Source: Nemertoderma westbladi
Lineage: Eukaryota; Animalia; Xenacoelomorpha
Assembly (NCBI GenBank): GCA_032718475.1
Contig: JAUCBJ010002493.1
Span: forward strand, 1 to 44,361
Reading direction: 5' to 3'
DNA: 44,361 bases
Below the pieces are notes generated by a model. That model saw only the letters and a program-made list of their open reading frames with translations, was not told where the DNA came from and ran no database searches. This document shows, one piece after another, positions 1-12,366 of the stretch. How positions within the stretch are numbered: position 1 is the first letter of the stretch; every line of letters starts with the position of its first letter. Made by a program: the position numbers and the translations under genes.

Positions 1-384
1 TATATTATATTATATTATCTTTTAATAAAGAAATCTTCCTTTATCCGCCTTGCTACATGTGTTGAGCCAATTCTCATTTTGTGAAATGGAGTTATATTAA
101 ATTGGACCTCAAGATGAGCCACTCCCAGATATGCTTCGATACTTTCAAATTTCTATACTGTCCATTTTTAATCTGTGACTTGTGCAGTGAAACTCTGTGC
201 CTCAAACTTAAAAGTACTGAAAGTACTGCAAAGTACATATACCCTATATATACATGTACCCATATATCTACATATACCTATACTATATATACATACCCTA
301 CATATACCGCCCTATCCTTTATACATATGCTATATGTTCTGGCTATACTTATGGATATATTCATTATTTAAACAATAATTAATA

Positions 385-441
385 AAGTGCCCTTTTTTTG
401 GTAAAATCGAACCGCCCTTTTAAATCCTGGCTACGGGCCTG
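385..441. mobile_element. Right end of a probable non-autonomous DNA transposon (hAT-like MITE terminus)
   Basis: Ends in ...aaatcctggctacgggcctg, the reverse complement of CAGGCCCGTAGCCAGGA, a common CAG-starting MITE TIR type. The partner end is not in the window. Confidence 0.35.
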
Positions 442-651
442 TAATTATACTTGCTAACGATATCAACGTATGTTTCAAAGATAATAAGATAAGAATGCGT
501 TTTTAAAACGTTTATCATCTTCAATAATTATTTACTCATTATTCACTATTGGTAACATAATTTTGCATGTTAACCACAGTGATGGGTTATGATCGAACAA
601 TCTTTACATGTACTAGCACAATTCCTTGTGATTCTATGTTTAGAGTACCAG

Positions 652-786
652 TTATGAGTACCAGTTAAATAACTGGGAGCAAATCTTGGGATAGGAGTAG
701 CGCCCACCCCTACCCTCGGGTAGCAGCTATCGAAAGAGGAGCCTTCGGGTCGCCTCCGGCTTCGGCCGACTGTTTGCTTGCTTGCT
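652..786 (+). mobile_element. 3' part of a SINE-like element with a structured tail and (TTGC)n end
   Basis: GC-rich hairpin cluster (ctacc-CTCG-ggtag; cc-TTCG-gg; cggc-TTCG-gccg) ending in tttgcttgcttgct. The last ~60 bp recur at 44190-44250. Confidence 0.55.
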
Positions 787-789
787 ATG

Positions 790-1985
790 TTTAGAGCTCA
801 CTACGAGGCTCTTTGTAATTCCAATTCAGAGCCGGACCACGTGATAGACACTTCCGATTGTCCTATGATCCCGTGTCTTGATAAACCCATTACCGTGGAA
901 GAAGTTGAAACTGAAATGTCGCGACTTAGGTCCAGTAAAGCTGCCGGGCCGATGGTATCTCCCCGAATATATATAAGTTGTTACCCGCCAGTGGCTAGTA
1001 TTCTTGGATATTCTATTAAACTTTATATTCAATTCCTGTGTTGCTCTGATGATAACCTGGCAGTTGAGTAAGCTTTCTAATGTATTCAAGAGGGGAGCCA
1101 GGGCGGTGTGTTCCAATTACAGAGGAATTCGAATTATCAATGCTATAATGAAAATTTATGACGGTATCCTCGCTAAGCGACTATCTATGTGGGCCAAACC
1201 TCCATGCGAACAAGCCGGTGGGCAGCGTCACCGTGGGTGCTTGGAACACATTCTGACTCTTAAGACTGTTAATAGATTTGGCTAAATCTAAGAAGGAAAA
1301 GGTTTACATAATTTTTGTCGATTTTGCAACCGCATTTGATAAAGTTCTATAAGTTCGATAAAGTTATATAGAAATACTAGGAGTATGCTCGGGTCAACTA
1401 CCATTAATTCAAATCTGGGCGTGTTACAAGGTGCCCCCAACAGTATCCCCATTTTTACATCTTTTATTAGCCCATTAATATACTTGTTAAATAAATGTTT
1501 GCCTGATAGTTTTTTAATGTGACTTCACGTCCTAATTTTATTGGACGACTCAGCAATATTAGCCTACAACCGGAGCCGTGCATCGAAAAATTAAGATTGT
1601 TAATAGACTACTGTGGAACTAAATGTAAAGAAAACTAAATTTATTGTAATTGGCAAATATTGCTCTGACGAAAATTCTCGGATATAACTATTTCGGGTAT
1701 TTGGTATATACCTACTGTTTCAATAAGTCACTGCGACTCATATACATATTTAGGTTCTCCCATAACTCAGAATGGTAAACTTGCTGTGTTTATTCTGCAG
1801 CACCAGGATAAACATAAGCATTGCCTAAAGTATTTTGGTTTATTATCTAAGCACGCCTTAATGCCAGTGTGGTTGAAATTATGTATTTTTCGTGCAGCAC
1901 TGATTTCAGCAGTATTTTACGGCTGTGAAATTTGGATTGGGAGTTCACCTATTAAGTTGACCATAATGTATGATAATATGCTTGT
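790..1985 (+). mobile_element. Degenerate LINE reverse transcriptase (L2/Crack/Daphne-like), 5' part
   Basis: Motifs LDKPITVEEV, KAAGP, NYRGI, EQAG, FVDFATAFDKV, GVLQGAP and YLGS, FYGCEIW, spread across frameshifted and stop-interrupted frames. Confidence 0.8.
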
Positions 1986-1989
1986 AGAT

Positions 1990-4900
1990 CCCTGATCTTT
2001 AGCGTAATCCCGGAGAAATCCTCTACTCCAGATAAAGAAGTTGTCCGCAAAGTTCTTAATGCCATTGGGTGTAGTGATATACAATTCGAACGATGCCGCC
2101 GCATGGGTACTCAGGATCTCGGCACAGTTAATCTCGGCACACCTTGTTAATGTGACATTTCGTTTCTGGTCGGACAGAAACACTGTCAGAGCAAACTCAG
2201 ATAAATTAACGTTGATCCCCGATTGGAAACACATACGAATTAAAGCAGATCTCACAAAGCACGATCAAGAAGAGTACAAAAGACTGTATGCAAGACGCGA
2301 TACATTGATTCATCAAGGTGAGAAGGCAGAGATTCGGTACAGTAAACTCTACGTTATAACACAGAGGTGGATCGAATCCGAACACCAAATTCAATTTTTT
2401 AGATGGTGGGTTAGCTTGGCGTAATGCAGACATCAAAACTATATCATGGAATGTTAATGGCGCAATGGTTTCTCCCCATTCAGGGTGGGATAGATGTGGG
2501 TGGGGTGCAGCCGGATTACAGTATACTCAGTCAGCGCACTTTAAACTTGGACAATTTCATTACCTTAGAATTTCCTGATCTGAACTGCAACACGGTCCAC
2601 CCAAGGGGTGGTTGCTCTCTTTCCTACCATGTATCCGTCAAACCGCTAATAACCAGGATACATAAATTTTATACTGACTCAATTGAAGTTCGTTTGGCTG
2701 ATGGTTCATGTTACTTATTTATGTATGTACCACCGCAAGACTCCCCATATTTTAATGAACATTACTATGCTTCACTCAGCAATATGATCCTCCAGAATAA
2801 TTGTTGTGGTATACCAACGATAATCGTGGGCGACATAAACTGCCGCTTTGGTGATCTTAATAAACTTAAGAATAACCTGAATTACACTCAAAATCCTGAT
2901 AGTCGCATTAACTCTAACGGTACAAATATGATTAAACTGATGGACGATTGCGATATAGTCCCAATAAACCACCTTAAAACTAAGCGATCCACAAATGATG
3001 GCGACTTTACTTTCATCAGGGGTGAACTACGCACGCACCCAGATAGATTGGTGTTTATGCAATGATCCTAGCTACATCAACAGTATCAAACTAATTATAT
3101 GTCGGGAAAGTCCGCCAGTATCAGACCACTCACCTATATCTCTTATTCACACGGTCGCATACAAAGACAATCTCAACTCTGTTCTGGCCGCTATTCTAGA
3201 CCTAACTCAAGAAAGAAACAATCACAGCAAGAGGCCTAATTTCCCTGCAGAACGAATTGACTCCACTATTATGATCAGCACACTCACAAGCATCCTCCCT
3301 CCGGTACAATGCCTGCCTAATATGACAATACCAGAGATTGCATCTGAGTTACAGCGTGCTCTAAAATCAGCAGCGATGTCTATTCTAATACGTGACAGAA
3401 AATCACTGGAAAACAACAATGCCTTAATAACAACTTCAGGTAGGTTTACCCATAAGCAGGAGAAGGACACCTATTTGAAAAACTGGTCAAACAACGAACT
3501 AAAATCCTGGATAGAATGCCTGAATTCAACGGATCCCCGAGTGCTCTGGAATAAAATCGACTACAAAGGGAAATTAAACCAAAACAATACAACAGAAAAC
3601 ACAATCCAAATATGCTCTTCGGACTTAGCCAAACACTTTGAATATCACTTTAATATAGCCCACGAAGAATGCGACTTCAAAGATATTCGAGCCCAATCTA
3701 ACCCAACGTTGGATAAAGAAATAGCTGCGGAAGAAATAGAAACTGCCGCTTCGAAACTCAACAACAGTAGCAGCAGCGCAGATGGCCTGTCCGCCAAAAC
3801 TCTACAGGATACTTTGCCCTCACTGATGCCTTACTTACTTTGCCTATTCAATCTAATATTCTTCATGGGTCTCGGAACATACCCAGAGATATGGTTTGGA
3901 TTACTCCTCGCACTCCCTAAAAAGGACAAACTTCAAATACCAAACTTTGTGTGCGGAATCACACTGCTTCCAATACTTGCCAAACTGTATGACCTAATAA
4001 TCTGTATAAGAATTACGGACTGGATTAAAATACCAAAAGCTCAGACGGCATTTCAAAAGGGCCGTAGTTGTGTACTACATGTGCTTACTGTTCGAATTCT
4101 ACTAGATTCCGCTAATCACCAAAAAAACGGTTATGTATTATACTAACAGATTTCTCGGCCGCATTTGAAAAAATAAGTAGAAGACAACTATTTATAAAAC
4201 TGTCACAGCTAGGATGTGGAATAATAATGTTGCACGCTCTAATGGCCGTCTATCAAACCACAGAGGTCTCAGTACATCATGGGAATGAATTCTCAATAAT
4301 CTTCAAACTATTAAGTGGAATTCGACAGGGGGGCCCCATCGAGCCCAATTCTTTTCGTGATATATACATTACGTTTAATTAAGATTTTTGATAAATGCAA
4401 ACCAGAGCAGCTTATTAAGAATATACACCTTCTGATCCACGCTGACGACACCCTACTTTTGGCCGCTACTCGTGGTACAGCTATACTCAAACTTAATTTG
4501 CTTGAGATATATTGTCATGATAACTTCATAAAACTTAACCCAAAAAAATGCGCGGTCTTATGTGTAAATGAACCAACCGATTGACGAAAACGAACCATTA
4601 TTGCTTAAACATGGAAAAATAGATATATCTAAATAAAATCTAAAATTTATAAAATATTATGCCTTCCTTAGAGAAAACATGGCTGCTCCTTTAAAAGTCA
4701 AAGAAAAAGTCCTCGACGCATGCATCGTTAACGGTATTTTATATAATTGTGAGGCGTGGGGTAATGTAATTTCAACAAACTCGAAGACCAATATCGAAAA
4801 ATATTAAAAACGATGTTAGGCCTAAAATGAACAACACCAAACGAATTTGTTATATCGAGCTTGAACGGCCCCCCATAACCGCTGTTATCAAGGCGCGTAC

Positions 4901-5916
4901 TTCCTCGTTAGTTAAACGCATTATTTCCAACAAACACGATCACATGTCGGACCCACTGCTTTCCCTTATAGAACACCCCAACAACAACTCTTCATTAATA
5001 ACATACCTTAAATCATGCGTCGATATTCCTGAACCGAAATCGGTAGAAAGGGACGCACTCGATAAGATAAAACAGTCTATAATATCAAAGTCAAATAAGG
5101 GTAAGACCAAATACTGCACTTATCTTTCCATTAACCCATCGCTATCAAGACCAGCTGCATACGACTCGATGTACTCTTCCGCGGATATAATAGCGTACTC
5201 ACGCATTCGCACTAGCACGCATGAACTTGCCATCGAGAAAGGCAGATACAATCGCCTCCCTAGAGAAGAACGCTTATGTTGATGTGGTGAGATAGAAGAT
5301 AAAGACCACTTTCTCCTCAAATGTCCAGATTACTCCTCAGAACGCGACCTCTTTCTCGGAGGGGAGCAGCACACCATCTCTTCGATTCTCGATATATTTG
5401 GCGCACCAACATACGTCAATAAACTTGTTAACCCGCCGCCACATTCTATTTAGTAATTAGCAGTATTTCACTTATTATTTAATCAATTCATTTATTTATT
5501 CAATTGACATTGCACAACCTACTAATTAAGAGCCCATGTATATTAATCATTACCAATATATTATACTTATATTTGTACATACTGTACGACATTACTTTAT
5601 TATCATGATATTTATTAATGACAATTATCAACACACTTGACGACCTACTTATTACTTTAATTAATTAGTTTACTTTACTGTCTATATTTATAAATATACA
5701 ACGCCTGAATTAATTATTACATTTGAATTAACTTATTATTAATACTATTATGTTTTGGTTCTCATTAATTGTAGAACGATATCTTTCTTAGGACTGTTAA
5801 ATTAGTGTAAATCTATAACCATTTTTAGGACAACTTAAATTCTGCTATATTTGATATATTATGTTTAGTGCTATTTTAACCAAATGATAGTCTATATTAT
5901 ACATACATACATACAT
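1990..5916 (+). mobile_element. Degenerate LINE with ORF1 tail, APE endonuclease, RT and 3' UTR ending in (TACA)n
   Basis: ORF1-like C-terminus (IRIKADLT...KLYV) at 2041-2424. Endonuclease motifs ISWNVNG, YVPP, IVGDINCR, IDW, SDH. RT motifs QTAFQKGR, QGAPSSP, IHADDT. C-terminal HELAIEKGRY...RLC..C...ED.DHFLL.C. Tail acatacatacatacat at 5901-5916. Confidence 0.85.
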
Positions 5917-6435
5917 AGAGACATTCTACACGCTATACCTTTATAAGGGATCGACAACGCAATTTCTTGTAGCCATGTTGACAAGCCGTAATCGGCACGT
6001 TCCTCTCATGCTTGTATTCGACCTCTGTAGGGAAGCCTGCACTCCAATGGCCAGAAAAGTGTCAAGCTGCTCAGCCACAAAGGCCCGTATCATGGGTAGC
6101 ACCAGGACTAGACTAGTACTGTACAAGTCTGACAACCCCTCTGACTTACTTGACAAATAACACCTCTATAATGAGTTACACAGACTTTCCTGGACCCGCT
6201 TTCGTCTATCATCTACACTGCCGCCGGTTGAGATTGGACGTTGGTCCCGCAGTGATTACAAGTCTCGCATTTGTGGTTGAGGTTGCCCACAATCCGAGAA
6301 ACACATTGTCGAAAGTTGTACTGCAGTAGTGGGAGCCAGAAAGACGCACCAAAATGTCAGGCTCCTTATGGACGTTGATAGCTCATTGGAAGCAATGAGC
6401 TTTATACATTGTGCCTTATCGCTGCTCGAGTAGTA
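5917..6435 (+). mobile_element. LINE ORF2 C-terminal fragment, probable continuation of the 790-1985 element
   Basis: Translates to ...RTRLVLYK...RLSWTRFRLSS.LPPVEIGRWSR....RIC....QSEKHI..C, a LINE ORF2 C-terminus. The 1990-5916 element already has its own C-terminus. Confidence 0.65.
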
Positions 6436-7074
6436 ATTATTAATTTATTTAGCCTGCCAATTAAGTTATTTACATCATTTAGATGCATATTTATTTATTT
6501 ACATATTTATTTATTTACATATTTATTTATTTACATAATTATTTCTTAGCGTCGTCATACCTATAAGTGTTATATCTATATTTTTAGCCAATTGTCAATG
6601 TGTGCGATGGACTGAGTATTTGTGGTGAGCATATCTTTGTTATTTTGATAGAAATTGTTTATTCTTTTGTGCTCTCTTTATTTATAATTTATATTCTAAA
6701 ACCTTGGTCAATAAATAATATATATAAATACGCATAGTAAAACTTGAGCGAAATATTTTTTAACTAATGCTATGCATGATTACTATTAATTATATATATA
6801 TATCTTATTAACTTATGTTAGGTGTATGTAATAAAATATAAGCAAGCTATTGAACCATGAATTTATAGAAGCTATTTTTTTATTATTATTTTCTTGATCC
6901 TTTGTTAATTTTTCCAATATCTTTGCTTAAAGACATTTAGTTTACTACTGTATGTTGCCCAGATCAATAACATATTCATGACCTTATGGTAATTGATAGA
7001 TCTTAAAAAGATCTTCAAAGAGGTTGTGTTGTGTTTCGGTATTCGTTTTGGTTGTTCGTTTATTAATTTGTCAT

Positions 7075-7132
7075 TGACATTTTTGTCGCCGCAAAAGGGA
7101 TAGGACATCCCTTTTGTGGCAACAAATTGTCA
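7075..7132. repeat. Imperfect palindrome (MITE-like hairpin)
   Basis: tgacatttttgtcgccgcaaaagggat / atcccttttgtggcaacaaattgtca arms around a 5-nt spacer. Confidence 0.6.
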
Positions 7133-7899
7133 TTTATCTTCTTATAGAATATATGCATAGCTATCGTGTAGTTTACTACCAAAATCATTTAGTGTATGGC
7201 AGTTAGGTTTAGGGTTAGGTTTATGATACACACTGTGTGTTGGGCACTTTAATATGTTTGTGTTTGTTTTTGTTTATGTTGTTTTTGTTTGTTCTGTTTG
7301 TGTTTTTTGATGGCCCTAGTGGCTGACTACTATTTTGGGCTTAATGTCCTGATTCTATGTTTTTTGTTAATTTGTTGGGGTGTAAGATGTGTTCCGGTAT
7401 TGCAAACATGAAATGACTTGGGTCCCTCTGGTCTGGAGGCCCTTACGCAGGCCCTGTCTGCACTCAGACAAATTAAGTGCCTTGGAAAATGATGTATCTT
7501 CTTCTCCAGATTCGCAGCCAGATTTAACTTCTCTATTAATTACGCCACTTCTCCGTCAGAAACTTCCTGCGGCTGTTGTACTTGAATGGAACCGTCCGTC
7601 TTTATACCACAGTTGATGGTTGAAGTTGATGGCTGGTAGACAGCCTATCTCTGCTACAAAACAGTACCAGCCAGCCACAATACCTGGTTTGGTCTCCCAG
7701 TTTCGGAATCAACTAAATAAATTACAAACTAAATATGACATCTACTGGATAACTGTTCTCTCCCAATGTGTCGCCATGGCAGCTATCCTCGAGGATCGAC
7801 CATTCAATACTCGGACATTTATTACCCCACCAAATTCCAATGAAGGTATTTTGATCTCTATTATACCTGGACGATTTTTGCGAGTGCTGATTGGCTAAT

Positions 7900-8800
7900 G
7901 CTGCTAAAAGTTGAGGGGAGAGTGGCCCTTTACTGACCTGGGGCAGACCCGTGCATCATTTATACATAATTACAAGTTTCGGCGTTCTTGCCGAGTACAT
8001 AGCCCAGACTCAGCATATAAATTAGAGGAACAACAAGATACCATTAATTTGCAGATTAGTCTAATTGCTTCCTTGTTTAGTAGTTCACATGAGTTTTTTA
8101 ATTCCTCTGAGCAGTTATCCCCGTCGGGACTAGCATATTCTAAGGTAGATCTAATAAATGAAACATAATTATTGTTTAGAGCTTTCCTATTAACAATATA
8201 TTTAACCGAACGTAGCATTTTCGTTCATGTTCAATTCATACTTACACAACTAACCATGGAATTATATCATCTGCGAATGCCACTTTAAGTCCGGCGTCAG
8301 TATACAGCCGAGGTGTTTATGCTCATTAACCTCAACGATAGGGATATTATTTAAGGGCAACACAGTGTGGCTCCAATGAGAAAGAACCATAGAATCTGTC
8401 ATGGTTGCATTAAAAATAACTAGCCATGCTGCACCCATTGTGAAATGGCAGTGAGATCCCGATTAGGTGATTCAGATGAAGATATGGAGCGAAAGCTATT
8501 TACTTCAACATTTAAAGCTGTATGATCAGTGCAGAAACTAATGTTATTGTTAACAATTTCGACTATATCATTGATGTGCACAAGCAAGAGGACTGGCCCT
8601 CGAACCGAACCTTGTGGAAAACTTGCAAAGGACGGAGAGCCATGATGAAGTGGCCCCCGTTAACAACAACACTCATGAAAATTCTCAGCAAGATAACTAG
8701 ACATCCATGAAAGAATACTTAGCTTATATCAAGGAATAGGCCTATAGTGCGAACTTCTTTCCCAGAATCGAGTGCTTTAGCTTATGTATTGTACAAAGAT
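7900..8800 (-). mobile_element. Degenerate CR1-group LINE RT fragment
   Basis: Minus strand gives FPQGSVRGPVLLLVHINDI...FCTDHT (decayed GVPQGSVLGP...FADDT) and YVSFIRSTLEYAS...LYAESGL...ERR. Confidence 0.75.
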
Positions 8801-9423
8801 ATCAGCTGGTTAAAGAGTCCTGTCACCCATTTTGAAGCCAAACTGAAATAACTGATAAGAACTTAATGATATAGTTGTAAAGAACACTATGTACTGAATG
8901 CTCAAAAAGTTTACCCAAATTACTAATCAGTGCAATAGGCTGGAAAAAGGCACAAAAAACAAAGAAAAAAAAAGTTTTAGGTAGGGGAAAAACAAAACAA
9001 GACGTCCAGGCTTTAGGGTGTGTTGCATTGTCAAAAATTTATTGAAACAAATTAAATATTTCATTAATAATCACTGGTACGCAGGATTTGAACCGGCTTT
9101 GAGTTTCAGGTCACATAGAATACTATCCTGGTCAAAATTTACAGTGTAGTTAAAGTAGGCTGCGGTACTACATTTCCTGGGAGTACGAATGATGAGTCAT
9201 CTTGTACACATATTCGTCACAAAAAAATTTGATAAAAAGTTCAGCCTTTTCAAGTGACATCAAAGCAGTATCATTGTTATATGATATAACTAATAACTGG
9301 GATATCATGATGGAAACACTACCTTCAGAACCACTTCCCTGAATGAATCCATTATTTTGACTCCTGGTAACTAAAATGATATGATATTATGTACACCATA
9401 TAAATTTAATATAATGAATTCCG

Positions 9424-9745
9424 AAATATCATTCACATGTTATTCTTTATCACATTGCAGATGAACTATGAAATTAATAATCAATACACTAAATCAAATC
9501 GTGTCTAATGTATTCATATTCATATTTATCTACTAAACTGATAATAAAAGTGGTGGCATACACTATATAAACTAAAATACAATGTATTTCAAATATTATT
9601 CACATATTATGAATTATCGCATTGCAGTTGGACTATGGAATTAATCAATACACTAAATCAAATAGTGACCAATAGTTACTCATGTATTCATATTCATATT
9701 TTTCCAGCACATTTATCACTGAAGTCAAATTATCACATTGCCTAG
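9424..9745. repeat. Imperfect ~167-bp tandem duplication
   Basis: aaatat(c/t)attcacat...cattgcag...aatcaatacactaaatcaaat...atgtattcatattcatattt occurs at ~9424 and ~9591. Confidence 0.55.
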
Positions 9746-10493
9746 TCATTCACTGCACAACAATTCCTAAGTAATTTATTGCCTTAAACATTCAAAATCA
9801 TTCATAATAATCTTGTTAGCCCTATTGGGCCCATGGAGATAAATTTATAAAAATTGTTGTACTGTAATTCATCTGTATCTTTGAGCCAGATTTGGGGAAA
9901 ACCGAGATTTTGTGACTTTTCCTAAAATTTAATTTGCTATCCACCAACGGAGTTCCATCTCCAATATTTTTCATGCTAAAATTTTCAAAAGTTTTTATGA
10001 CTCACTAGAATTAATTTATTTGCGGTATATGGCGGTTTCTTGGATGCTGATCACGATTATAGAACTTAAATATATCATTCGAGACAATCTTTGGAAATTT
10101 TGAATGTGTCGAAAAAAACAAGTGCCGGTAGTTGCCCCATAGTGTAAATATGAGAATGGAAATGGAACTCAAAAATATCGTAATATCCAACCAAATTCAA
10201 TTTTTGGCGTTTGAAATTGTATGCTACTTGCACTTTTCGTCGAAACGATTGTTGTGGTACCACAAAGAAGTTTTATGGTGATCAGCGAGCGACCTTGAAA
10301 ATGAGTATAGCTTCAAAATTACCCAACCAAAGTTAAAATGTAACAATTTGAAATGATAGAGTTAATAGGGTTAATTAATATATTTACTTACATTAAAATA
10401 AACTAAAGTGCTAGCTAAAATATTAAAAATAGCTATTCAAAAAAAAGTAAAGTAGACATTTTCCTACAAAATAATCCGTAGCATACATCCTGT

Positions 10494-11530
10494 TATAATA
10501 ATAATAATAAATGGATTTACAGCTCCACGGTCGAGCCGGGCGCTGAAGGGTGTGAACCCTAGAGTGAGAGACAGACAGTGGGTAAGTGCACGAAAAATAT
10601 AGTAATACAATTGAGGATGATCCTTAACAGTTCAGTAGTAGCTATATGTGTTAATACAGAGGCTGCAGGAACATGCCATGTGCACAGGTTATCATCATTA
10701 TACCTGTGCACAAAATGCTCCCAGTAGATCGAAAAGGTCGAAAAGTCTGTTAGATCTGGTTGGGCGGTTAGCAGGTGGCGTATGAAAGTTGACGAATGGA
10801 CGCCAATCAAAATCGAACCGATCATTGATGATGGCAGCAAGCAGGAGGAGATCGTGCAGTTCCAGGTAAAGGTTGAGGGGAAGAAGTTTAAGTTGGAGGA
10901 GTCTGTCTTTATAGGGGCAGTCCGACGACGTTATATATCAATGCATTGCAGTAAGAGCCCAGAAAAGACTACCATAAACCAATACAATACAGGCTCTACT
11001 TTGACATTATGACTTTGACTTATGACAGAATTTTGAATCTTTGCCCTTTCCACAGTGCACTCAAATAGATGAGAAAAAGATGATTTATTACGAAGAAATC
11101 TGTCTTGCTGATGAGATATTGCTTTGAAACTGAGTAAATAGTCAAGGATCTTGTCCCTTACAATACCTTCCATACATTTGAGAAGGGATGTCAGTGAAAA
11201 AGGTCTTTACTTTGCTTTGAGGAGATAGAACGTACACCACTGTTCTTGAAAATATTAAATAACAAAAATATATTTGCTGAACGCCAAATATCTGGGATTG
11301 AACCAGTATCCATTTGTTGCTGGAGAATAGTGCAGCGAATGGGGCTGCCAAGTTATGCGCGAGATTCTTTAAAAGTATCAATTCTATTTTGTCTTGCCAA
11401 ACAGCTTTATTCGTGGATAGGTTGCGGAGTGCCAGGATAACATCTTTCTTTCCCTGTGAAATTAATGGTTGATATTCTGTAGCCAATGGGATTTTATTGG
11501 GGAAAATCTGGGAGTTTACCATCATCTACT
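10494..11530 (-). mobile_element. CR1-group LINE fragments with (ATT)n tail
   Basis: Minus strand gives DVILALRNLSTNKA..QDKI...LLKN, MEGIVRDKILDYL....QQ..F, and YKDRLLQLKLLPL..YLELHDLL. The (TAA)n run at ~10494-10510 is the 3' tail. May be two fused fragments. Confidence 0.7.
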
Positions 11531-11549
11531 GAGAAATTTCCTGTGAAAG

Positions 11550-11980
11550 CATCGTTCATCAGGCGTACTCCTCTATGGGAGCCCATGCTGGCTTGCTGGG
11601 CTCTAACTGCTGAGGACACCAAATCTCTGGATGGCACATTCACAAGAATGCTACGCTGGGTTCATTGTGTCAAGTACAATGCACACATCTCCAACCAGAC
11701 ACTATATAACATTGGAGGTGTCTCATTGGTTCCCCCAAGCCTGACACTAGAACAAAGTCGCCTCCACTTTGCTGGACATTGTTTTTGCCGTGAGGACCAG
11801 CCTGTGCACAATCTTGTGCTTTGAGAGCCCCATGGAGACAATAACTCTTTCGTGAGACACCTCCTAAAGGACACTGACCTTGAAGATGCGGATAATATCG
11901 CGAAAGCCATGGGGGATAGTGAGTTGTGGTGGTGCAACTTGTTGATAAGCCGGCATAGCATTCTTAATGAATGCTGCATT
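11550..11980 (+). mobile_element. RTE-clade LINE 3' fragment
   Basis: CWALT....KSLDGTFTRMLR....HISNQTLY...RLHFAGHC....PV..LVL matches the RTE ORF C-terminal pattern, also seen in the 38325-41192 element. Confidence 0.75.
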
Positions 11981-12136
11981 GGGGGCTAGCCAATTGTGGA
12001 TTGCATGATCGTGACAAAATGTTTTAGATAAGTTGTCATAGCATCTCAATGTGCAGTTTCAATGCAGCAGGCTGATTATAGTAGTAGTATGTAAACAGAT
12101 GTTGTATATATTGGGTGAACAGTACGAGTACATACG

Positions 12137-12338
12137 CATTGGTTATCTGACTATTGCCATGTTTTACATTTCAAAGTAGTGGGCATTCCAAAATATGATT
12201 TTTTTCTACTTATTGGTCTGTTCATTTATTGGCAAACACATTGGTTATCTGACTATTACGATGTTTTACATTTCAAAGTAGTGGGCATTACAAAATATGA
12301 TTTTTTTCTACTTATTGGTCTGTTCATTTATTGGCAAA
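12137..12338. repeat. Two-copy ~102-bp tandem duplication immediately upstream of GPCR-1
   Basis: cattggttatctgactatt...ttcatttattggcaaa at 12137-12236 and 12239-12338. Confidence 0.9.
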
Positions 12339-12366
12339 AGATTTAAAAGGAACAGGAACAATAAAG

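Noticed and set aside
81-378. Short ORFs at the window start
   Set aside because: Derived from TA/CA-rich low-complexity sequence with no recognisable domain.
7203-7222. Interstitial telomere (TTAGG/TTAGGG)
   Set aside because: Only about three degenerate units, which is common inside non-autonomous elements.
7389-7898. Short ORFs, possibly a LINE ORF1/endonuclease remnant
   Set aside because: No motif could be identified with confidence.
11108-11135. Possible hammerhead (CTGATGA...GAAAC)
   Set aside because: No credible stem II or stem I; it is the antisense strand of CR1 RT coding sequence.
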